A DNA stretch of 64,000 bases from NCBI GenBank assembly GCA_016290995.1, contig JAEEVR010000001.1:100282-164281 (forward strand), given 5' to 3'. The stretch is from Treponema sp. Its GTDB lineage: Bacteria; Spirochaetota; Spirochaetia; Treponematales; Treponemataceae. Position numbers and translations under genes: made by a program. A model generated the notes under the pieces. It searched no databases. It saw nothing but the letters and a program-made list of their open reading frames with translations, and had not been told where the DNA came from. Positions within the stretch are counted from its first letter, which is position 1, and every line of letters starts with the position of its first letter. Positions 39,205 to 46,230 of the stretch are shown piece by piece.

Positions 39205-39630
39205 CTAGAGTTCCAACTCAACGGACTCTACGCCGTCCGTGGACTCAACCTTGTTTTCGTTGGCAATGCCCCAAATCTTGTCGTTATGGTTTGTGGGAAC
39301 GGTAAGCATTACCTTAAGGAATTCTCCGCTCCTTTTTACGATTGTAACGTAAGGTCCGATTTTGGGAGGACAGTTGCGCACCAAAAGCCTCTTTACCTGG
39401 TCGGGCTTGTTTTTGGCCCAATCTTTGGGAATCGTTACCGTTCCCATCTTGTGGCCGGCCTTGCCGTAAACTACTGTGTAGGCCTTGGCCGAATCCATCA
39501 CTTTATATACAGGAGCGCTGTAATAGGAAATTTCAGACTTTTTGTGTCCTCCGGCGTTCTCTTCCGCAAAAGAGCCCGCCAAAACAAGGGCGGACAATCC
39601 CATCGCCGCCAAAATCTTCTTTATGTTCAT
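39205..39630 (-). CDS. Secreted hypothetical protein
   Basis: Signal peptide, RBS GGAGG. Confidence 0.75.
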   Translation of the reverse strand: MNIKKILAAMGLSALVLAGSFAEENAGGHKKSEISYYSAPVYKVMDSAKAYTVVYGKAGHKMGTVTIPKDWAKNKPDQVKRLLVRNCPPKIGPYVTIVKRSGEFLKVMLTVPTNHNDKIWGIANENKVESTDGVESVELEL

Positions 39631-39790
39631 AAAATAACCTCCAAAACGAGTGTTTTTCTATTCTAGCGCGCAATATTGAAAATTTCAAGAAAATTTTGCG
39701 AATTTTCCCTCAAAAAAGCCCAAAAAAAACGAAAAAATGCGCAAACAAAGCAATGATATAGGCGTGGAAAAAATATTTTGGAGGTTCGTA

Positions 39791-40741
39791 GTGAACGAAA
39801 AACAAACGCTTAGGCCGTCTCCCACGGCCATCCTAAACCCACGATTGGATGTTAACTTCAAGACGCTCTTCACGCAGGGAACCAAGGAATCCGACACGGC
39901 CCTGCAGTCGTTCATCTCGGCGGCCCTCGGAAGGAAAATCAAGAGCCTAAAGCTTGACCCCAACGAGCCTGCTGTAGACACGCCAAGCCAAATGCAAATG
40001 TCGTTTGACGTGGCAGTGACTTTTGACGACGGAGAGAAGGCTTCGATCGAAATGCAAGGAAGGGACCGCGAGTACGACTACGCTGCCAGGAGCGAAGTCC
40101 AAGCGGCCCGACTTTTGAACAACAACGCCAAAAAGGGCGGTAAGTGGCAGGCTAACAAGGTCTACCAAATTTCGGTGCTAAACTTTCACTTCAAAAATGG
40201 TGACAAAAGCGAGATGGCGTGGTATACTATGAAAGACGGCAAGGGCAACGGGCTTGCGGACAGGCTGAATGTGATTTTCATTGACTTGCTCACGATCAAG
40301 AGGCTTGTCGGAACGCCCGTGGAAAGCCTGACGCCCTTGCAAAAATGGGGCTTGTTTTTCTCGTACGCTGACGACGAGAGCAAGACGGAGTATGTAAGAC
40401 AGATCGCAAAAAGCGAAGAAGGAATTATGGAAGCCGACAGAATAGCGCAAAGAATGAGCGAAGAAGACGCCAACTGGTTCCGCCAGAATTCAATCGACAT
40501 CGCCCGCCGCGACCGCAACGCGGAACTTAGCGCCGTCAGAGAAAAGGGCATGAAAAAAGGACTCGAGGAAGGCCGCGCGAAAGGCATCGCGGAAGGCATC
40601 GCTCTGGGCGCGCAAGAAAAAGCCGTGGAAGCCGCTCTTGTCGCCGTAAAGGAATTTGGCGCGTCTCCCGAGATTGCGGCGGAAAAAATGGGCGCTCCGT
40701 TGGACAAAGTATTGGAGGCTTTGGCTGTCGCCTCCGCCTAA
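39791..40741 (+). CDS. Rpn-family (PD-(D/E)XK nuclease, YhgA-like) protein
   Basis: PRLDVNFKTLF, FDVAV..SIEMQ, VYQISVLNF, IFIDL, C-terminal EKG..GLEEGRAKGIAEG; RBS GGAGG before GTG 39791. Confidence 0.88.
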   Translation: MNEKQTLRPSPTAILNPRLDVNFKTLFTQGTKESDTALQSFISAALGRKIKSLKLDPNEPAVDTPSQMQMSFDVAVTFDDGEKASIEMQGRDREYDYAARSEVQAARLLNNNAKKGGKWQANKVYQISVLNFHFKNGDKSEMAWYTMKDGKGNGLADRLNVIFIDLLTIKRLVGTPVESLTPLQKWGLFFSYADDESKTEYVRQIAKSEEGIMEADRIAQRMSEEDANWFRQNSIDIARRDRNAELSAVREKGMKKGLEEGRAKGIAEGIALGAQEKAVEAALVAVKEFGASPEIAAEKMGAPLDKVLEALAVASA

Positions 40742-40785
40742 AAGTTACCGATTTTCCAACGCTCGAAAAAAAATGCTTTTTTTTC

Positions 40786-40814
40786 TTGACAAAGCAAAAT
40801 ATGTGTGTTAATAT
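40786..40814 (+). promoter_or_regulatory. Strong sigma70 promoter of surface-protein copy 2
   Basis: TTGACA-N17-TAATAT with extended -10 TG and an AT-rich UP-like tract. Confidence 0.7.
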
Positions 40815-40872
40815 TTAGAGTAAAAAGGCAGACCTAGTTCTGTTTTTTAAAAAATAAGGAGGTTTTTTCATT

Positions 40873-42051
40873 ATGAAAAAATTGATTGGCGCTTTGGCGC
40901 TTGCTGCTATGGTAGCGACTTCAGCCTTCGCTGAGGTTTCATTTGGAGCTTGGCTCTGCAACCTTCCCACACTCATCGCTTCTGACGGTGACGGAATTAA
41001 GGGTGGCGGAGTTTCTAACCCGTGGGGATGGGGCGCTCGCCCGGCCCGCGTTGACATCAACTTTACATCTGACGATGGAAAAGCTGGCGTCATCTTGGGA
41101 GCTTATGCCACATTTGATGGCGGTCTCGCTGGATCTTCAGACAACACATTGATGTGGATCAAGCCCGTTGACCAGATCAAGCTTTCTCTCGGAAAGCACG
41201 ACAACTTCTTCGGCACACGCTCAGACCTCTGCTTCGGCTCATGGAACTGGCTCCGCCCGAGCACAGCTGCTGGACGCTGGGGTGAAGGAATCACTTTCTC
41301 TTCTGCTAGCGACAGCGCTGGTCTTGGAGTTCAGATCACACCTGTTGACGCTTTGAAGATTTTCGCTTTCGTTCCTCTTACAGCTTCAAAGTCATCTGAT
41401 GATGGAAAAACTTGGGATACAGTTGTTAAGACTTTGGACAAAGTGTTCGGAAATGGACGCTACGGCGCCACATACACCATCGACGGAATCGGTACAATCA
41501 AGGCCCAGTTCCTCGGAGCTTATGATGTTAACGACGCTGACAAGAAAAAGCTCGGCTCAATCGAGGCCGCTTTCGACTTGACAGCTGTTGATAAGCTCAA
41601 CGCCACAGTTGGTGCTGAATTCGTAATCCAGGACAGCGACCGCTTTGTTAAGGGCGACAAGCAGATTGGAATCGCTCTCGGCGCTTCTTACGGAATCACA
41701 GAAGCCTTCAAGCTTTCTGCCGACTTCGCTCTCGCTCTCCCCAAAGACGGCGACATGGGATTGACCTTTGGCGTTGGTCTTGACTACGCTCTTTCTGACG
41801 CTCTCGGACTCACAGCCGACGTTCGCATGGCTATGCCCAACAACGACATCGACCCCAGCCTTTCATTCTTGGTTGGAGCCAACTACGCTGTTGGATCTAA
41901 CGCCTCTTTGGGACTTGGCTTCCAGGCTGTTGTAGGCATGGGCGACAAGTCTAGCGCCGGCCACCTCAAAGTTGTTAAGGCCGCTTTTGTTGATAACGAG
42001 ACAAAGAAGTTCATCTTCGCTGTACCGCTCCGCTTCAACGTATGGTTCTAA
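40873..42051 (+). CDS. Major-surface-protein-like outer-membrane beta-barrel, copy 2
   Basis: Same signal peptide as copies 1 and 3; SDLCFGSWNWLRP; ends FNVWF. Confidence 0.8.
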   Translation: MKKLIGALALAAMVATSAFAEVSFGAWLCNLPTLIASDGDGIKGGGVSNPWGWGARPARVDINFTSDDGKAGVILGAYATFDGGLAGSSDNTLMWIKPVDQIKLSLGKHDNFFGTRSDLCFGSWNWLRPSTAAGRWGEGITFSSASDSAGLGVQITPVDALKIFAFVPLTASKSSDDGKTWDTVVKTLDKVFGNGRYGATYTIDGIGTIKAQFLGAYDVNDADKKKLGSIEAAFDLTAVDKLNATVGAEFVIQDSDRFVKGDKQIGIALGASYGITEAFKLSADFALALPKDGDMGLTFGVGLDYALSDALGLTADVRMAMPNNDIDPSLSFLVGANYAVGSNASLGLGFQAVVGMGDKSSAGHLKVVKAAFVDNETKKFIFAVPLRFNVWF

Positions 42052-42088
42052 GCAAACCATTCACGCCGCCTAAAGCGGTGTGAGAAAG

Positions 42089-42116
42089 GCCGCTCCGCAA
42101 GGGGCGGCTTTTTTTT
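42089..42116 (+). terminator. Terminator of copy 2
   Basis: GCCGCTCC-GCAA-GGGGCGGC-T8. Confidence 0.85.
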
Positions 42117-42232
42117 ATGCCTTGCGCTTTTTTTCTTGGCTTTTTTGGGAAAAATATAAAAAAAATATTGACTGTAACTTTTAAAAATGCTATTTGTTTA
42201 TTAAATAAACAATAGATAATAAGGAAGACTTT

Positions 42233-43111
42233 ATGAAAAAAATCATTGTCGCGGCGGTGGCCGCTTTGCTAGTCGTTTCTTCGGCCTTTGCCAAAAAAAA
42301 GACCATTGATCCTTATGACGACAAAAAAATGCATCCAACAGACCGCAGCGGCCTTGAAAAATTTTTGGGCACCAACCGCTACGAAGTTCTTGACGAATGC
42401 GCCATTTACATTCGTCCGATTGTCGGAAAAATAAAGGCCAAAAAAGGCAACTTTATTTATCGCCGCGGAACTGACGTAGCCGGCTTTAGAATTTACTATG
42501 ACACTACGGCGTACACCGTTGAGATGGCGCAAGAGACCAGGCAAATTTGTTGCGACGCGATTGACAAGTATTTTGACGATTTTGAAAACAAAAGGCTTGA
42601 CAGAAAAGGCAAGGCCGACAAGACTCGCGTCATTTACGGCAAAGCTCCAGGCTACGAGGAATACGGCGTTGCGATTAATATGATGAACTACAAGGCAAAG
42701 CCGACCTTTTATTTTGGCTACGACTTTGTAGACGGAAGCCCTTACTTTGTCATTCACGTGGCAAAGACAAAGAATTTGGCCCTTGAAGGAAGGTCAACCG
42801 ACCTTCCGAACTTGGAGACAATCGTTCAAAACTATTATTTTACCCGCGCGCAAGCATTAAAGCTAAAGGAATTCATCCATGAGTCCAATATAAGCCTTTA
42901 CCACGCGGAGGAACAGAAAAAATTGGCCGAACTCAACGCCGTATCCGAAAACGACGATTACGCGGAGGCTTCTAGCGATGTTCCCGAAAAAAAGAAGAAG
43001 GCAAAAAAATCCAAGTCCAAGAAAGAGTCCGACACGGACGAATATGTAGAAAAGGAGGAAGTCACTCCTATCAAGGCAAAGGCCAAAGAGCCTGTTGGCG
43101 AGGAATATTGA
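42233..43111 (+). CDS. Secreted hypothetical protein, paralog B2
   Basis: Paralog of 25378-26229; signal peptide; K/E-rich tail. Confidence 0.85.
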   Translation: MKKIIVAAVAALLVVSSAFAKKKTIDPYDDKKMHPTDRSGLEKFLGTNRYEVLDECAIYIRPIVGKIKAKKGNFIYRRGTDVAGFRIYYDTTAYTVEMAQETRQICCDAIDKYFDDFENKRLDRKGKADKTRVIYGKAPGYEEYGVAINMMNYKAKPTFYFGYDFVDGSPYFVIHVAKTKNLALEGRSTDLPNLETIVQNYYFTRAQALKLKEFIHESNISLYHAEEQKKLAELNAVSENDDYAEASSDVPEKKKKAKKSKSKKESDTDEYVEKEEVTPIKAKAKEPVGEEY

Positions 43112-43187
43112 CGCAAAAGCGCTTTTTGCTATTGACATTAATGCTTTTAAAGGATAAATTTTATTTAGGAATTATAGGAGGTTCCAG

Positions 43188-43655
43188 ATGAAAAAATTAT
43201 TTACAGCTTTTGCCGTGGCCGCTGTTTTGGCCGCTGGCCTCTATGCGGAAGACGTTACAGGCGGCGTTGACGCTGTTACAGGCGCCGCTAGCGCGATTGG
43301 AGAGGTTGCAAACGTTTCTGAGACATTGCAGGGCGTTTGGTTTGACTCAAAGTACAATTGCAACTGGCAGTTCCAGGTGAACACTGGAAGCGACGCATTC
43401 TGTGTTCTTAAGGACGCAGATTCAGGAGCCACAATTTACTCATTCACTCGCGCCAAGGTAAAGAACTTTAAGGGCGAGATGGAGTCCAACAAGTTTGTTC
43501 TTTCTTGGGAATGCCCGGAAAAGAACCGCATCTACAAGTTCGTAAAGGACTTTTCTGCCAATGCCGACTTGCAGTTGGACATTTTCAACAACGTTTACAA
43601 CGAGCGCCACAGCGCCAAAATCAAGTATGTAAACGCTGACGCTCGCATCGAGTAG
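43188..43655 (+). CDS. Secreted 155-aa hypothetical protein, paralog A2
   Basis: Paralog of 24879-25346; own promoter TTGACA(43132)-N17-TAAATT. Confidence 0.85.
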   Translation: MKKLFTAFAVAAVLAAGLYAEDVTGGVDAVTGAASAIGEVANVSETLQGVWFDSKYNCNWQFQVNTGSDAFCVLKDADSGATIYSFTRAKVKNFKGEMESNKFVLSWECPEKNRIYKFVKDFSANADLQLDIFNNVYNERHSAKIKYVNADARIE

Positions 43656-43735
43656 TCTTTGAAAATCTTGAACGATTAGGTTCAAAAAACCGCCTTGTCC
43701 TGTTGGCCAGGCGGTTTTTTTCTGCAAAAATAACG

Positions 43736-44296
43736 ATGCTAAAAAACACGCGGCTTATTAATTTTGCCTTTATATTGATTCTCGCTTTTGGAGCGTCGCA
43801 AGCGCAAGCGCAAGACATTGTCCACGTAACGATTGACCAAAAAGTTAGGGACGCTCAAGTTGTCGGCATGGAGCGCGACGGACAAGAATTTGCGGGCGTT
43901 TTGGTCTACGCCAACAACGCCTGGAACAAGATTTACTTTAACAAAAGTGATTTGCAGATTATCCAGCAAGCCGCCCAAAATTATTTTGCGGACTTTGACT
44001 CGATGAGATTAAAAAAGGGCAAAAAGAACTCAATAAAAAAATATGGAACAGTGCCCTGTTTTGTTGAATGGGGAAGCGTCAAAAAAACGATCGACCGTTT
44101 TTGCGACACAAGGGCCGACTTGGGCTATGCCTTTGTAAAAGCCGCTCCCTATTTTTGCGTCAGCATTTATCCCGCCAAAAACCAAAATCCCGAGCAAAAA
44201 AGTCCCGCCTACCAAACCCTTGACAGATTAACCTTGCTTTTTACAAAAAGCCAAATCACAGACTTTTGCCAAAAAACCACCCCAAAATCTGAATAA
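43736..44296 (+). CDS. Secreted hypothetical protein, distant paralog B3
   Basis: Aligns by eye to B1/B2 (YFADFDSMRL vs YFDDFENKRL; GYAFVKAAPYF vs GYDFVDGSPYF; FTKSQ vs FTRAQ). Confidence 0.75.
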   Translation: MLKNTRLINFAFILILAFGASQAQAQDIVHVTIDQKVRDAQVVGMERDGQEFAGVLVYANNAWNKIYFNKSDLQIIQQAAQNYFADFDSMRLKKGKKNSIKKYGTVPCFVEWGSVKKTIDRFCDTRADLGYAFVKAAPYFCVSIYPAKNQNPEQKSPAYQTLDRLTLLFTKSQITDFCQKTTPKSE

Positions 44297-44419
44297 ATTT
44301 TTAAGATTTTTTCCAAAAAAAGCCAAAATATTGAAAAACATTTATATGATATATAGTGGAGCGCCACAGTGTTGGCAGGCCGCCTCTTGATACTAAGAAT
44401 ATCGGGAGGACCGCTCGAC

Positions 44420-44509
44420 ATGAACAAGTACGAACGCGCGACGCTTGTTGTCGCAATTTTGTCTTTGATTGTTGAAGCGCTGACCCTCTTCAAGCAATTG
44501 ATTAGGTAA
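44420..44509 (+). CDS. Putative type I toxin, 29-aa single-TM peptide MNKYERATLVVAILSLIVEALTLFKQLIR
   Basis: RBS GGGAGG (44404-44409) inside a hairpin; hydrophobic core with charged ends; convergent sRNA; below the ORF-track cutoff. Confidence 0.72.
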   Translation: MNKYERATLVVAILSLIVEALTLFKQLIR

Positions 44510-44514
44510 AGCTA

Positions 44515-44607
44515 AAAGGAAAAGCCTGTCCGCAGCGTGCTTGTCTCGGACAGGCTTTAGTCAAAGCAAAAAGAGGCGGCCGCATCACTGCGGCGCTCCG
44601 CTCTTTA
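44515..44607 (-). ncRNA. Putative antisense antitoxin sRNA
   Basis: TTGACT(44641)-N17-TATTAT promoter; ends at hairpin AAAGCCTGTCCG..CGGACAGGCTTT plus U-rich tract; ends approximate. Confidence 0.68.
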
Positions 44608-44662
44608 TGTTAATAATAACGCGCAACTATCCAAAAGTCAAGGAAAAAACCGCGTAAAACAC

Positions 44663-44693
44663 AAAAAAAAAGCCGCTCCAAAAGGAGCGGCTT
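44663..44693 (-). terminator. Terminator of copy 3
   Basis: AAGCCGCTCC-TTTT-GGAGCGGC-T run on - strand. Confidence 0.8.
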
Positions 44694-44732
44694 AGCGCAT
44701 AATCGGACAAGTCCGATTATGTGTGGCTCAAA

Positions 44733-46022
44733 TTAGAACCAAACTGAAGCGCGGATCGGTACAGCGAAGATGAACTTCTTGAGCTCACCGTCAACTGTGG
44801 CAGCCTTAACGAGCTTAAGATCGCCGGCCGGAGACGTGTCTTTCAAGCCAACGATGGCCTGGAATCCGAGTCCCAATGAAGCGTTAGATCCAACGGCATA
44901 GTTGGCTCCAACCAAGAATGAAAGGAGTGAGCCAGCGGCGTCTGTGTCGAACGGCATCAACATGCGAACGTCAGCAACCAATCCGAGAGCGTCTGTAAGA
45001 GCGTAGTCAAGTCCAACGCCGAATCCAGCTGTGGGCTTCTTGTCTGAGTCGCCAGGAATGTTGATAGAGAAGTCGCCGGCCAACTTGAAGGCCTCTGTGA
45101 TTCCGTAAGAAGCGCCCAAGGCGATCTTGATGTTGTTGTTCTTAGAGTCGTCTGTCATCGTGAAGCCAACGCCGAATGTGGCGAAGAGCTTGTCAACAGC
45201 TGTCAAGTCGAAAGCGGCTTCGATTGTGCCGTACTTTTTGCTAGCACCAGCGGCGTTGCCAGCTTTCTGCCAAGTCAAATCGGCAGTTCCCTTGTTGGCG
45301 ATAACGGCGTCGTTATACTGATCTGACAAGAACTTTCCGTTCTTGTCGTACCAACCAGCGGCTGTAGCTCCGTGCTCGGCAACGCATGTCCAATTGGCCA
45401 AGAACTGGGCCTTGATTGTACCGATTCCGTCGATGGCGTATGTGGCGCCGTAGCGTCCCTTTCCGAAGATCTGGTCCAATGTGTCAACAGCATTTGAAGA
45501 TTCGCCAGATACAGCGTTAAGCGGGATCATAGCGAAGATTTTCAAAGCTTCTACAGGCATGATCTGGAGTCCGAGACCGTTCTTGTCGCTGGCTGAAGAG
45601 AATGTGATTCCTTCGCCCCAGGCAAGAGCTGTGTTCGGGCGGAGCCAGTTCCATGAACCATAGCAAAGGTCAGAACGTGTTCCGAAGAAGTTGTCATGCT
45701 TTCCGAGAGAAAGCTGAATCTGGTCAATCGGCTTAACCCACAAAAGTGTGTTGTCTGAGCTTCCGGCAACTCCGCCAGCGAAGTCAGCGTAAACACCAAG
45801 GATCATACCAGCTTTTCCGTCATCAGATGTGAAGTTGATGTCGGCGCGAGCCGGGCGAGCGCCCCATCCCCAAGGGTTAGAAACCGCTCCACCCTTGATT
45901 CCGTCGCCGTCAGAAGCGATGAGGGTGGGAAGGTTGCAAACCCAAGCTCCAAAAGAAACCTCAGCGAAGGCTGAAGTAGCTACCATAGCAGCAAGAGCCA
46001 AAGCTCCAATCAATTTTTTCAT
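44733..46022 (-). CDS. Major-surface-protein-like outer-membrane beta-barrel, copy 3
   Basis: Same signal peptide; mature N-terminus close to copy 2; extra loop of about 45 aa; ends ASVWF. Confidence 0.8.
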   Translation of the reverse strand: MKKLIGALALAAMVATSAFAEVSFGAWVCNLPTLIASDGDGIKGGAVSNPWGWGARPARADINFTSDDGKAGMILGVYADFAGGVAGSSDNTLLWVKPIDQIQLSLGKHDNFFGTRSDLCYGSWNWLRPNTALAWGEGITFSSASDKNGLGLQIMPVEALKIFAMIPLNAVSGESSNAVDTLDQIFGKGRYGATYAIDGIGTIKAQFLANWTCVAEHGATAAGWYDKNGKFLSDQYNDAVIANKGTADLTWQKAGNAAGASKKYGTIEAAFDLTAVDKLFATFGVGFTMTDDSKNNNIKIALGASYGITEAFKLAGDFSINIPGDSDKKPTAGFGVGLDYALTDALGLVADVRMLMPFDTDAAGSLLSFLVGANYAVGSNASLGLGFQAIVGLKDTSPAGDLKLVKAATVDGELKKFIFAVPIRASVWF

Positions 46023-46158
46023 AATGAAAAAACCTCCCTTTTTTTTAGAGACTCGTTTTTAAAAAAAGGGCAAATTTAGTGATTTTTGCGTCAAATATAA
46101 CAAGTTGTTTAAAACTTCTGCGCAAAATTTTTGAAAATTCGTAAAAAAAATAACAAAA
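45979..46158 (-). repeat. 180-bp direct repeat shared with copy 1
   Basis: Matches 27414-27593 with one mismatch. Confidence 0.92.
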
Positions 46159-46230
46159 TAAAAGTATAGTAAAAAAAACGAATCATAGACTCTAGCAAAA
46201 GCGCGCAAAGCGCGCTATTATAGTAAAATT

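Noticed and set aside
44209-44493. 94-aa minus-strand ORF from the track, and ORFs 27480-27683 and 27494-27784
   Set aside because: Low-complexity shadow ORFs over regulatory DNA without an RBS; the plus-strand 29-aa ORF has better support.
44355-44602. MITE interpretation of the inverted repeats flanking the 29-aa ORF
   Set aside because: No target-site duplication seen, and homology to the 27.7-kb copy extends beyond the repeats (left flank and promoter).
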